The notes beneath the pieces were generated by a model. It made no database searches. It worked only from the letters and a program-made list of their open reading frames with translations, and was not told where the DNA came from. Position numbers and translations under genes: made by a program. Shown piece by piece: positions 26,319 to 39,890 of a stretch of 64,000 nucleotides of DNA. Positions within the stretch are counted from its first letter, which is position 1, and the number at the start of each line of letters is the position of its first letter. The DNA comes from Octopus sinensis (Eukaryota): positions 83,700,001 to 83,764,000 of the forward strand of contig NC_043004.1 in the NCBI RefSeq assembly GCF_006345805.1. The letters are read 5' to 3'.

Positions 26319-26631
26319 GGGAGGTGGAAACGCAATGGTCCAGTGGTTAGGACAGCGGACTCGCAGTTGTACGATCGTGGTTTCGATTCCCAGACCGGGC
26401 GTATTGAGCAAAATCACCTAAAGCTACACGAGGCTCCGGCAGGGGATGGTGGCGATCCCTGCTATACTCGTTTGCCACAACTTTCTCTCATTCTCCTATT
26501 TGCCTGCTCGCTTAGCCAGCGGGGTGGGGGTCATTTGAAGACTAAAACAATGCGAAGCGCGTTGTGACCAGCGATGTGTAGCAACATCTGATAGCCGGGT
26601 CGGTCACGGTGATCCCGGTGATCACGGTGAT
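26319..26631 (+). mobile_element. tRNA-derived SINE, family C, with a (CGGTGAT)-like 3' tail
   Basis: A-box TGGTCCAGTGGTT, B-box GGTTTCGATTCC, tail CGGTCACGGTGATCCCGGTGATCACGGTGA. Confidence 0.8.
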
Positions 26632-26779
26632 ATATATATATATATATATGTATGCATGCATGCATGTATGTATGTATGTATGTATTTACCACATAAACAG
26701 AGAATTGCACCGTATCATTGCAAACAAACACGAACAAATGACTATTGAATAACTTAGATAACTTAGACAACCAAAGTTA

Positions 26780-27720
26780 GTTTCGACCAAAGATTGGTCG
26801 ATTTCTAATTCAATAGCACCACTTGATAGGATTGGTTAAATCCCTTTTTAGTCAGGTCTTTTTTTTTTTTTTTTGTATGGTGGTTCATTCGAGTAGCGAG
26901 TTCTTTTTGAGTGAGTTGTATCCAAATATCAGTGGCTTCTCTGGTATTCCCTGAAGAAATTTGTCCAGATTCCGTTTAAAAGAAACGGGATTCTTTTCTT
27001 CTGTTATCCGTTTCGGGACAGTGTTAAATAGGGCAGGGCCTGTTGATGAAAAGAAATTGTGTTGCACAGTGTTTTTATGTTGTGATCCTGAACTGGATAG
27101 GGGACTATGACCTGATGTCATAGCCTTGGATGAATTTTTAAGCTAATGTTGAGGTCGCTTGGGCAAAAACGGTGGTATATTCTCCACATGCTGCAAAAAT
27201 GTATCGCTGACGGCGGCATATTCTCCACATACTGCAAAAATGTATCGCTGACGGCGGCGCTGGAGAGAATAGAGTTTCAATGCTTGCCGGCACAATCAAC
27301 ATCAGTCACACCCTTAATTCTCTTAGTGAATGACCTCTAGGGTGATTCGATTTTCTTGATGTTTTTTTTTTTTTGTACGGGGAGACCATAGGGGGCAGCA
27401 GTAATCAAGTTGTGGCCGTACAAAAGAGGAGTAAAAAGAAATGATGACACCTTGTTGTCTGGACCGGAAGGTTCTTAGGATCCAGGATCTCATCCTATGA
27501 GCATATCGACCTTATTGTTGACGCGGGTAGTCCAGCTGAGTTTCTTAACATTAATTACTCCTAGTTCTCTGATATTATTAAATGCTATGAGCGGTTCCCC
27601 TGAGGGAAGAGAGTATGGTTGTTTTAGTATAGTCTTTCTTCCAAAATGTACCAGTATCGGTAATTTTCTTGAGACTTTGTTTTATAGCGTAGTAATTTAT
27701 CAACATTTCTTAAGCAAACC
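26780..27720 (-). mobile_element. 5'-truncated CR1/L2-group LINE (RT C-terminus and 3' UTR)
   Basis: IRELGV..KLSWTT; WILRTFRSR..FVRPQLDYCCPLWSP; KLYSLQRRR; HNFFSSTGPALFN.VP..FKRNLDKFL. Contains a 41-bp tandem duplication at 27177-27258. Confidence 0.9.
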
Positions 27721-28551
27721 TTTTGCCGAAAAATGTCGGATTTGGTTTCTGGATATGCATAAAAAATTGTATGACACTGAGTCATTTTATTTTTTGAAAA
27801 AGAAATTTGATGGGTAGTTGGCTGCAATTATTTCTTGAAAATCAACTAGTCATTTAGTTGTATTTATATATATTGGCCTGACCGGTCACGTGGATCGCCT
27901 TCGTTAGTAAAGAGAATTATGCAGGAACTTTTCTCATTGTTGAAGTTACTGTGTGAAGATACCCTTCTGATTGTGTCAATATGTGTGTTGCATTACAGAC
28001 AATATACCTTCTTAGATATGTAAACCCTAGGCAGCGCTATAAACGTTCTCACTAAAGAAAAAGTTAAAATTCACAAAATAAAAATTCGTTATATCCCTTG
28101 CTTTAGTCAACAGAATCTAATAATCGTAAGTCCTCAAGCACAAATATGTGATTCAGAATTAATAGCAGGTTTCAAACGTTTCATTAACCTTTCTGTTTGT
28201 TCGAATATTTTAATGGCTTCAGCTAGTAATTAATTGTTAATTCTATGTTTCATGGTTTTCAATTGGTGTTGTTTTTGCTGATGATGTTACTATTGTATGT
28301 ATGCTGCATTTTTTATGTTTAACCATTAGGTTGTGTTCACGCAACAGACACATGACATTGCAGATCCGTGCAACAGATATCACGTTGAGAATTACAAGCA
28401 CAAGTATTAACTCGTTCATTTCACATTACGTAACGAAGATTACATTTTTGTATCTGTCATTTTTATTTCATAAGATTGTATGTTAAAATTGCGGAATATA
28501 CTCAGTTGCTACTTTTAGCGAATTACAGACAAGGTCACTCGCTATATGCTC

Positions 28552-29015
28552 TTTCTCTCTCTTTTACTTGTTTCAGTCATTTGACTGTAGCCATGCTGGA
28601 GCACCGGCTTCAGTCGAGCAAATCGACCCCAATAATTATTCTTTGTAAGCCTAGTACTTAGTCTATCGTCTCTTTTGCCGAACCACTAAGTTACGGGGAC
28701 GTAAACACACCGCCATCGGTTGTCAAGCGATGTTAGTGGGACAAACCCAGACACACAAACACACACACACACACAAACACGCACACACACACAAACAGAC
28801 ACACACACACATACATATATATATATGTATATATATATATATACATATATACGACGGGTTTCTTTCAGTTTCCGTCTACCAAACCCACTCACAAACCTTT
28901 GGTCGGCCGGAAACTATAGTAGAAGACACTTGCCCAATTTACCACATAGTAGGACTGAACCCGGAACCATGTGGTTTGTAAGCAAGCTACTTACCACACA
29001 GCCACTCCTACGCCT
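28552..29015 (-). mobile_element. tRNA-derived SINE, family B (near full length)
   Basis: Minus-strand A-box TGGCTGTGTGGT, B-box GGTTCAGTCC and TTGGGCAAGTGTCTTC core. Confidence 0.9.
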
Positions 29016-29169
29016 TTTATACGTCATCTTTTATACCACAGTTATTTTTGTGATGATGACATTGGTGTTACCAATACAGGAACGCCGAGATTGTGTTGTT
29101 GTGTAACTTCTTTGATTTGGGGTCTGATATTGTAATAAATGTAATCTTATTGAATTAATATCAGGTGAA

Positions 29170-29780
29170 GTATGCATAACCGGCAGATCTTTCGTAGCAA
29201 TAGTTATACTGTTGTGGTGGCTGTTGTTGTATTCTTCGCTGTGATGGTGATGAGGTTCGGAATGTTGGTCGTAGTGACTGGCAACATTGTGATCTGAAAG
29301 GATGTGTTGGTTGTGGTCGTGGTTGTGGTTGTAGTGTTCTAGTGCTGGTATCTTTATCGGTGCTGTTGTTTGTGGTAGTGGCGACAGTGAGACGAGTGCT
29401 GCATTAGTGATATTGTTATTTTGCTGGTAGTGAGCGCGGTAGGAGTAGCACCGTTGCTTTTGACATTATTATCGACAACTTAATTGATCACGCAGATGCC
29501 AAGGGCTCTAGAACGATGAACAGAAACATAATGACGAAGAAGAGAATAGCATTGACAACGACGATGATGATGATGATGATGGAGATGAAGTCGATGAATG
29601 CCATGGAGAAATGACGATTATGAATATGATGCTGATGATGAAGACGATAATGATAATGATAACGATGACGACGACGACAACGGCGATGATAAAGGTAATG
29701 ATGGCGACGACGATAACAATGACGTCCATGACGATGATTTAAATGAAGATCATGACGGCACCAAAGGTGATATCTATAAT
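29170..29780. repeat. Degenerate GTT/GGT and GAT/GAC trinucleotide low-complexity tract
   Basis: Direct reading. It explains the poly-D ORF. Confidence 0.85.
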
Positions 29781-30964
29781 AGAAGCAACCGATTCGATGG
29801 TGGTAGAGAAGCTGGGGGAATTTTTATCAGAATTGATAGGATTTCAATGAAAAATCGTATTCAGCTTCCCGGGTTAACTGACAGCTGTGTTACTTCCATA
29901 GTCATGTTTTGATTATGAAACAAGAACGCACATGTTGAACATATAACAAAATTCCTTAGGTGACATGAAAAATAAAATAAAATAAAATAAATATCAACAA
30001 TTACAAGTTTATTCCGAAAGTATTATGCAGATTTTATGCAACATAACTCCCAAATGCAAACAATGAATTCATGTTTACATCTTGGTTACTATTTCATTAT
30101 TTTGTCTCTAACAATATACCTTTCGTTTCCGCTCATTTTTTTTTTTTTTTTTTGCTTTCAGTTTCTTTCATTCTTTACATATCCACTTATCTCCGTCTGA
30201 CTCAAAATTGCACTCACACATAGTCAAATACAACTTAGTCACTTTTCACTATTTCTCGCTACTAATTTGTTTCTGCTGCTAATAAACAAGTAATATATCT
30301 CCCAGACTTCTGTTTCTGAATGATTTACATATGCGTCTTAATCATTTTTCTCTTATCTTAATGCATCACTATCTGCCTACCTGTTCGAATACACAATTTT
30401 CTTTAGACATAGTCACATACTGGTGATTTATAACATTCACAACTTGTACATATGTAAATCAATATCGTTTTCCTCTTATCTTTATTTCTTTGTCTCTCTT
30501 ATATGTCTTTTCGTCTTCAACCTATCCACCGACGAGTCAGTCTGTTTACCAGAATCCATTTGTCTAGTTTTAACTTTCTTACCTTATTCCATTTTCCAGC
30601 AATAACATATTTACTTGTTTACTACTCAAATACATATCCATATATCCAACGATCCGTTCGTCCGCTCACACATGCATGCATACATACCTACATACATACA
30701 AGTATACATATGTAAGAATGTGCATGCGTGTGTATTGGTGAATGTGCATGTGTGGACTATTATTTACATCATATTAATATAGAACCTTCTACATATGTTA
30801 AAGAAAACATTTTTAACGATGGAACTCCAAGTAAATAAGAATTATATATAATAGCATCTAACTACTGAGTTCAAAAAATTTGATGGCAATAACCAAAACT
30901 TGACCACGTTTTCAAAATTTTCCTTCAAGCACTTTGTTAAACGAACACTGCAAACGCCATTACG

Positions 30965-31033
<69 letters not shown>

Positions 31034-31106
31034 AGGGAGAGAGAGAGCGTGTGTGTGTGTGTGTGCTTCGAGTTCCAAGCTGGAAAAATATTTATTTCCG
31101 ATATCC

Positions 31107-31521
31107 AGGAAAGGAGGTACGGTAAGAAATTGCCTTGTAACAGTTTGATTCCGGGTTCATTCTCACTGCGTGACACCTTGGGCAGTTTTCTTTTGCTGGC
31201 ATCGGTCCGATCAATCAATTATGAGTGGATTTGGTAGATGTGAACTGAAAGAAGACCAACGTATGTGTATATGTATATGCGTGTATGCGTGTTTGTATGT
31301 GTATGTGTATGTGTATGTGTGAAACAGGTGTGTTTGTGTCTGTGGTTGTCCTCGCATCACCACTTGACAACCGGTGTTGGTATGTTATACAACATTCGAT
31401 AGAAAAAGTACTAGGCTTTAATGAGTAAGTCATCTAGTCGAATCGTTCGTCACAAATCTTTCAAGGTAGTGGTCCATCACTGTCGCAGCCAAATGACTGA
31501 AACAAATAAGAGGAAAAGAGT
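31107..31521 (+). mobile_element. tRNA-derived SINE, family B (degenerate)
   Basis: CCGGGTTCATTCTCACTGCGTGACACCTTGGGCAG...GAGTGGATTTGGTAGA...ATGACTGAAACAAATAAGAG. Confidence 0.85.
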
Positions 31522-31550
31522 ATATATACATACATACATACATACATACA

Positions 31551-31583
<33 letters not shown>

Positions 31584-31603
31584 GCATACATACATACATA
31601 TAT

Positions 31604-31694
<91 letters not shown>

Positions 31695-31710
31695 TATTAC
31701 AACAAAATTC

Positions 31711-31780
31711 TATATAGAGTTACCCAAGGTTTCGCACCCACAAAGCCAAGGCCTTGTTCACAGTTTGTCAGAATCTAAAT
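31711..31780 (-). ncRNA. Type-I hammerhead in the 5' inverted pLTR
   Basis: ATTTAGATT-CTGACAA(from CTGACGA)-stem II-GC-GAAA-CC-TTG-GG-TA-ACTCTATAT, with a GUA triplet. Confidence 0.65.
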
Positions 31781-34668
31781 GAATAAAAAATTCAAACTTA
31801 TCTACGTCGGAGACGTGCGGAAACACTCCGAACTCGAGGAATATGAAAAAAACTTTAATGAAGCCGGGTTAGTTCTCCTTACTGAGATGGAAATAAACCT
31901 TTATAGACTCGGAGAGGCCTAACAAGCAAACTGGGAGACCCAATTTTCTAGTAAGTAGCGCTTCTACATATCATCAAGTGCTACCTCAAAGATAGCGTAG
32001 CGTGAAACGTTTAAATTGAGGATATTCTACAAAAATATCCCTAAACTTACGAATGAGTTCTACACGAAAATGTTATTAGAGAAAATTATAGATCTTATAA
32101 TGTGTATGATATGGAAAGTGTGGCGTTTCTCTATGATTAAATCACGCCACCTTCTAAGGCTATTATATACGGTATCAAGTCTAGGAACTCCCGACTTAGA
32201 ATCACGAGCTCGAGGCCTTTGAAACGGAATTACTAGGCTTAAATCTCAGACTGAAATTCTGTAAATCATTTTCCCCTTCACGAAGCCAACGCCGTGAATA
32301 TATACAAACAACTCTATATATACAAAAACCTCTAACTCCTTAATCTTCTCGTAAGACTAAGAGCTTACACATGATAGATATATACGCTTACGACAGGCTT
32401 TTAAATGATTCAATCACACAAAAATACAGACGAGCTTCCCTACACACTTACAATAACATTAATTGTAAGGCTAAACAAATCGCAGATAATCTTCTAATAG
32501 CAGACTGAGTAGAAATCTTGTCCAAGAGAAATGCTTTTATAACTCTGAAAGATCACAAGCCGAATTTTGTCTCTAACCCCAACATTGGCCAGGCGAGTAA
32601 GTGTAACTGAGGCAGTTTAATGATGACATAAGAAGACACACGAGATTCCGTCTATGGCGCAGCACCAATGAGATAACCTCATGGTTCATTGACAATTGGG
32701 ACAGAGGCAGGGGGGTAAGATTTTCACAGTCCGATATTGTCGACTATTACCCATCTATTTCTAAAGAGTTATTATTGAATGCATTTTCGTTTGCCAAGGG
32801 CTTCACAGATATTAGGGATAGGGATGTTAGAGTTCTCATGCATGCCAGGAAGACGGTGCTGTTCAGCAAAGATTGAACTTTGGTAAAGTAATCTGACCCC
32901 GAGGGATCCTTTGATGTAGTTATGAGAGCATGTGACAGCGCAGACGTCTGTGATCTTATCAGAATGTACGTCCAGGATACCTGGGGGAAGAGGTTTTCAT
33001 CAGTCATCTTCGGCGTCTACGGAGATGACACCTTGGCCATCTCTGGAGCGGCCAACGGCCACACATTAGATAGATTTAGAAAAGACCTAATTAACACCTT
33101 AGGCTCAATGGGTTTCAATATCACCATTGAGATTAATCTCAACACACTAGATTTCTTTTAGATGCAAACTTTAGATCTGGGCTCTGGTACATACAGGCCC
33201 TATCACAAGCCACACGAGAGACTGCATAATTTTAGCACAACTTCCTGCATCCCCCGCCTGATAGTTTTCTAGAAACTATTGAAAGGTGTAAGCAAGAGAA
33301 TCTCAAATCTATCCTAGACTCAAGATATCATCGACGCCAATGCCCCCTACTACAATGAGGCACTGGCATCGACTAGATTTAATGACCGCATCTCCTACAT
33401 GCCTGAACCTAGAAACCAGAAACTGAAGCGCCGCAGAAATATATTTTCCTTTGCTCCACCCTTCTCACTCAACATCAAGACTTGTGTCGTAAAGATTTTC
33501 TTTAGATTAGGAGTCAAAGATTTTACACACACACATAGATACAGGCATTTGTTTAGGAGGCACAACCTAAGAGTCACCTTTAGTTGTGCGCCTAACGTAA
33601 AAAAATATAAAAAGTACCCATAATACAAGGGAAGAGGCAGGTTGCTCTTTCAGAGTATATTATAACTGGCCCCGAGGGCTCCTTTGATGTAGCTATGGGA
33701 GCATATAACAGCGCCGACGTCTGTAATCTTATTGGACAGTAACTCCTGGACACCTTTGCGATGCGAGTGAGTCATTTACGAGGCTACGGTGATGCCTGGT
33801 CCTAATATCCGTAATAACAGTAATGTAACATCAAACAACGATTCTATTAGCAGATTAACCACGCCAATACAATTGCCACGCCCTGAAATAATAACCAAGC
33901 CAGGACCATCATCACAGAGAGCGTCACTGACGACCCCGGTACCAACGCCACGAATAATGAACAAACCATAGATGCAGATAGAGTGACCAGTCCTGCAATG
34001 TTTGTTAACGCCAGTGCAAACGCTGCACCTAGAAATAATGACCTGTCCGGACCGACAACTTGGAGGAAGTATCTGTTGTTCCCAGTTCCGCCACCTCAGA
34101 TGAGTACCAAATAGTCACCTTCGACACCGATACGATAACAAGCCCCGCGCAATATGTTACCAGGAGGGTGAATAGGGCTACATGCCGGGTTTATAAATAC
34201 ATTGTTTCGGCGAGTACTTCGTTCATGAAACGTTCTCTTAACCACAATTCAATCTTGAGAGTCCCAGAAAGATGGTTTGTTACGTCCCTGGCCCGCCATG
34301 TGTGAGACCTCAAAAATCAAGAACCCTCTTGTGATATCAAGGGAATTTAATTGATTTTCCGGGCCCGTATATTCATGAAAATGGCCGTTGCAAGAACTTA
34401 ATCGCAGAGAAAACTAACATTCTTAAAGTCTATAAAAAACCTCGCATATTAAATATCCGTAAAGAAGTGTTTTCTAAACGTATCCACTTCAAGCTCTATT
34501 TAACAAGAAACTAGGTTTCCCCGTACACTCGTTAGCCCACACTGAGTCCATAAAGGATTTCCCCCTAATTAAGGGCAAATAACACGTCACCATTAACGCT
34601 TTTTCGTATTCCTCGAGTTCTGAGCGTATCCTCACGTCTGCGACGTAGATATTTTCGAATTTTGTATT

Positions 34669-34739
34669 TATATAGAATTTGATGAGCTGTCCAGAAGGCC
34701 TTGGCTTTGTGGGTGCGAAACCTTGGGTGACTCTATATA
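34669..34739 (+). ncRNA. Type-I hammerhead in the 3' pLTR (degenerate)
   Basis: TATATAGAAT-TTGATGA-GC...GC-GAAA-CC-TTG-GG-TG-ACTCTATATA. The 8-bp stem I is intact; C3 and H17 are mutated. Confidence 0.65.
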
Positions 34740-34804
34740 AACTTTTGTTGCTATAATCACTGCTATATTTTTAGAGTATGCTTCTTATGATATAAGCTTA
34801 TTAT

Positions 34805-34851
<47 letters not shown>

Positions 34852-34908
34852 CGCTTTGTCTGGAGAGCGTCATATTGCCTTGATACACAAACAAACACAC
34901 ACACACAC

Positions 34909-34941
<33 letters not shown>

Positions 34942-37900
34942 ATATATATATATATAATACACGCACATAAATTGGGCATACGTGTATTATGTATACATTA
35001 TCTATATATTACGGGCATCTTGATACATACATACAGACACACGCATACGTACACATACAGACACACACATATATATAGAGAGAGTAAGACTGAGATAGAG
35101 ATAAAGAGAGAGAGAGAGAGAGAGAGGGAGCTTGACAGATAGGAATTGAGAAAGACAGATAATATCTTCCTGTACTTATCGCTGGCCCTCTTTCTTCTCC
35201 GCGCAAAACAAGTACATACAGCCTATGATTTTATATTTTCTCATCATTCTATCTCCAGTTTCTGTTTTCGTTCCATTAAAACGCCTAAACACATTGTGCA
35301 TAGTGTTATGAAATAATTATGTTGGCAATTCAATCAAATGTTCTCGAACATTTAAACAACATGAGAATATAACAGACAAACAAAAAATGATAAATGTCAA
35401 ATATTTTTGAACGCAAAAAAATCTTTAGATGCTGTTTTCACTTCCAATGACATCTCAGTCTGTAGAAAATATATTATACGCATGCCAATAGAAGAATATT
35501 ATTTTCCTTGCCTTTGCAATATTCTTTATCCTCTGGGTGTATCATGAACGATGCAATATGTATTAGCTACATAAAAAAATATAGGATTTTTCCATAGGGT
35601 AGAACCTAATATTTTTACTGTATAATGAGCTCTGAAACTAGTGTTATGACTTGGATTGCGATGAATATTTAATAATGAATACTTACGATGTATGCCTCTC
35701 AGAAAAATGAAAAACGAAAATACTGCAATGACACACATCATGTATATTATTTGAAAACATAGTGAAATATCGCTTATTACAAGAGAATTCTCTTCTCAAA
35801 CGTGTCTTATTATCCTTATGCTAAGTGGCTAATCTTATATAGCTTAAAGTATGATATAAAACGACTTTACTCTTATACAAAATTGTAAATATATAAAAGG
35901 AGTCACTTATTATTACTTTATCACGTTAGTGAAATTTATGTATTGTTCAGGTCCAAAATTATCTAAACCTAATCGTAGATGGAATTGGATAACTTTAATC
36001 CCCCAGTAATATTGTCCTTATATACAATCATAAGAATATGCCTGGTTAGTTTAGTAATGCGGATTGTATTCGGTGTAGTTAAACTAACTTATCCATTATA
36101 CAGTTTATAGTAAAGAGATGTTGTAATGCGGCGTGTAATATACTGAACTAATTTAACTTTACACCATTTAATTCAACACCCATTTAAACTTTAAAATTTA
36201 AACGTTAGAGCATTTATGCTGTTCATATCTGTTGCCTATAAATCCCTCCTAATGCATGCCTGTCCTGTTTCATATGCTTTAAAGAAGATTGAAACAATGT
36301 CCACGAGTACACACAAGGCCTGAGATGGTGGCGAGAAGGAGGGAGATATACGTAATTGGAAGACCTGGCCCAAGTGATTGTTATAAACTGCATTAGTATT
36401 CATCAAGGTGACAGTGGATGATAAACTGGACCGAGGGATTACATTCTTAACTCAAACAAACTTCAGTGGGATTTTAACTCACAATCACGCAAATAGACTA
36501 CACTGCATTGTGACCTTTTTTTTTATATACAAACAATGATATCGAAATGATGAAAATAAAAATATGGCCGCAACATTATTTGATATCAGATAGCAGAGGT
36601 TCGGAACAAATAACACGAAGCATAACATTAAGGCGTAGTATCTACAGAATAAATCTGCTAGAAATATCAGTGATTAAAAGAGATTTTTGATCAGAGTATG
36701 CCTAAAACTTAAAAGTGATCGTGATGGCTGCGACACCTTTTAACCACTGCTGTAAACCCTCTCTGAGCTTATGCTTAAATATAACAAAGATATATAAATG
36801 AAGTTTCATTCAGTTTGTATACTTTGCGAGAACAAAGTATATTTGTATTATATAATTTTAAATTGTTGATTTTATCTTTTTCTCAAACCAAAGTATATTT
36901 AACCTAGATTCTTTTTTCTTTAAACATAATTGAGTCTAACTTTAAACCGTTGTTCTCATATTATAACAGATACAATTTTACTTAACAACATTGCTCATAA
37001 ACTAGTGAAACTAACAAAGGCGATAATTTACTCAGCCTCCTGGAAATTCTCATGTATAGAAAACTAGCAAGAATTTACCGTTTTAATTTTGTCTGTCCTT
37101 AGTTTATGAGAGACATGATATTTTCAATTCCATTCTTCCAGAATGTATAAAATACAGTCCATTAATATCCGAGTGATAATGACGTCCACTATGATGTTAG
37201 TCTGTTTGGAATCCTACCATCGTGATATGTCGGACAAGCACTGCCTCCTTATTCATAACGCAAATTTTAATAAATTTGCATTAAACAAGGGGATAATACA
37301 GTATAATCTTTACAGTGTAAAGCAATATTTATTTAAACCCCAGTCTTAGGAAAACGATTTTATTTTTCACTACATTGGTAAAAGGAAATAGGTGGTGGAG
37401 AGGAGAGTGAGAAATATGTCTGCAGATTTTCTTGGCCTGAGTAAAACTACATTTTCAACTTTTATCTCAATAGTAGCTTTAAATAATTTTCCACTCTATT
37501 TTCTAGTAATAATCATATATACAATAAGCATCCCAAGCTTAGGTTCAAAAGTGTCTGCGAAATACAGCCGTTTCCGAGGGGTAATTATTATTCAAACAAA
37601 TTATCTAATATAATTATAATTGAACAGGACTACAAATGCTTTCTGACGCAGGCAGAAAGTTGACCAACAAGTTGCAGTTTATATATTCTTTCTAAAAGGC
37701 CTAGTATTTGTAAGTTAGTTTGTTTATCGTAACTAGCATGCCAGAAAATGCAAATAATTTTGAACACAGCGTTTATATGGATGTCACTAACTACATTTCA
37801 ATGATACTAACGATCAATTTTTCGATACAGATATCTGCATATTATAAAACTTTTAACGCATTTATTGTAATTAGTTATGGATATAAATATAAGTCAATTA

Positions 37901-38441
37901 ATACAAACATGAATAAGGTGGTCGATTAATTTTAATATCATTATAGTGGTCGATTTTCAGAAGCATGAACAAACGTTTGCAGCATTATCTCTCGCTATTT
38001 ATTTTCTGAGTTTAAATACCACTGAGGTTAGCTTTGCTTTTGATCAGGCCATTGTTAATAAACAAAGTACATATATCAGTACAATATTGCAGTCGATTTT
38101 TCCTCTTTCCGTCCTCCCCACAAAATCGGATGTTCTATCCTGTGAGAGAGTCATGTGGATCTACTTGTAATATTTCTTTCTCCAAAAAATTGGGGAGGGG
38201 TTAAGTAAGGGATAACACACATTTATAATCTAATTTGAAAGGAAATCCATCAAAGTGCAGCCCGGGAAAATGGCGTGCAGTATGCAGTGAGGCAATGGAT
38301 GGCACGGGTGTTAGGAATAACAACATTATGAAAACCGACAAAAGCATCAGCAACGAAAACAACAGTAACAACAATAGCAATATCAATAATTACAACAACA
38401 ACCACAACAAAAACAACAACTGTATTAATAATAATGGTTAC

Positions 38442-38649
38442 GAATACTAACACAAGGCCAGCTATTTCGGTGGAAATAGCTAATCTATTACAGCTATCCC
38501 GGTACTTAACTGATACTCAGCCTATTAACCACCGAAAGGTCAAACGCACATTCAAGCTCGGAGAAATTTGAATTCAGAAGGTGAATACGGGTGAGATGCT
38601 GCCAAGACTTTTGCCCCGTGTGCTCTTGCTTTTTCCAGATCGCCGACTT
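38442..38649 (-). mobile_element. SINE family A (highly degenerate)
   Basis: CACAAGGCCAGC...CGGTACTTAACTG...GAAATTTGAATTCAGAA. Confidence 0.6.
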
Positions 38650-38650
38650 A

Positions 38651-39289
38651 TCATTATTATTATTATTATTATTATTATTCTATGTTTGACTTTCGCTTTA
38701 TATTTGTACAAGTTGGCTCCAAGTCTCACCCAGAGAATTCAAGAGTCAAGAGGTTGAAAGTTCATGTTGTTGTTATGCCTAGTGTGCCATATATTTGGTT
38801 TTGTATTTAGTGTTGTACTACTGAATGTCTAAAAGAAAACAGGAAAAAAAAAAACGAAAACTATGTTTTTTAAATCTGAGATTACATAGAAAGTATTTTG
38901 CCTAGGATATGAGCAGTTCCCATGAACACTATCTTTTGAATTTCTGCATTTTGGGGTTTCCTGGTATCTATTATTATTATTATTATTATTCTATGTTTGA
39001 CTTTCGCTTTATATTTGTACAAGTTGGCTCCAAGTCTCACCCAGAGAATTCAAGAGTCAAGAGGTTGAAAGTTCATGTTGTTGTTATGCCTAGTGTGCCA
39101 TATATTTGGTTTTGTATTTAGTGTTGTACTACTGAATGTCTAAAAGAAAACAGGAAAAAAAAAAACGAAAACTATGTTGTTTTAAATCTTGAGATTACAT
39201 AGAAAGTATTTTGCCTAGGATATGAGCAGTTCCCATGAACACTATCTTTTGAATTTCTGCATTTTGGGGTTTCCTGGTATCTATTATTA

Positions 39290-39360
<71 letters not shown>

Positions 39361-39890
39361 TTATCTTATGTTTGACTTTTGCTTTAGATTTGTACAAGTT
39401 GGTTCCAAGTCTCACCCAGAGACCTCAAGAGACAACAAGTTGGAAGTTCATGCTGCTGTTATGCCTAGGGTACCTTATGTTTGGTTTTGTACATAGTGTT
39501 GTTCTAGAGAATGTTTAAGAAACCATAAGAAAATTATGTTTGTTTTAAAACTTGAGATTACATAGAAATTATTTTCCGTAGGATATGGACAGTTCCCATG
39601 AGAACTACCTTTTGAATTTCTGCCATTTTGGGGTTTCCCGGTTTCTCAGCTACGTAGCAATCAGTCCCTTTTGTTATCATTCCCAGGGCACCTATGATAA
39701 AAGGTATTCTTTTAGTCTTTAGGTTCCACATTTTGCTGATTTCTTGCTTTCAGCTGGGCATGCTATATCTATGATCCATCATCGTTTGCTTTCTTTCTCA
39801 CTTATCAGCATATTTGGTTTCCTATTCTCTATCTCCTGGTCGCAGTGAAGCATAAACTCCCACAGATCTTTTCATTAACATTTTCGATGA
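38651..39890 (-). mobile_element. Head-to-tail array of three R4/Dong-like LINE 3' ends in a (TAA)n tract
   Basis: The long copy encodes a restriction-like endonuclease remnant (IENRKPNML..WIIDIACP..IIGALGMITKG..IQKVVLMGTVHILRK). Two ~311-313 bp 3' copies (38651-38968 and 38969-39281) are nearly identical to each other. All end in (TAA)n. Confidence 0.85.

Larger units (their letters stand above)
31698..34757 (+). mobile_element. Near full-length degenerate Penelope-like element (probably Naiad-type) with inverted pLTR ends
   Basis: YGIKSRNS; NAFITLKDHKPNF; FDVVMRACDSADVCDLI (MGSYDGAE-like motif); YGDDTLAI; RRRNIFSFAPPFSLNIKT; GIY-YIG remnant at ~34190-34515. 31698-31860 is an inverted, diverged copy of 34590-34757. 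Confidence 0.88.

Noticed and set aside
26330-26400. tRNA-like sequences at SINE heads (also 28940-29010 and 48900-48970)
   Set aside because: They have A/B boxes but no complete cloverleaf or acceptor stem and run into SINE bodies, so they are not tRNA genes.
27890-27915. ATTGG followed by GTCACGTGG, similar to the 10.6 kb motif pair
   Set aside because: No downstream exon-like sequence or GC island; short motifs occur by chance.
29598-29912. Asp-rich ORF
   Set aside because: Degenerate GAT/GAC repeat.
34296-34310. In-frame TGA in the PLE endonuclease as possible selenocysteine (reported for some Naiad elements)
   Set aside because: It falls at a conserved Trp position (HIW motif), so TGG to TGA decay is the simpler explanation; the element has many other lesions.
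38651-39645. CRISPR-like or satellite interpretation of the ~311-bp repeats
   Set aside because: The units are LINE 3' ends with microsatellite tails; there is no repeat-spacer architecture and the DNA is eukaryotic.
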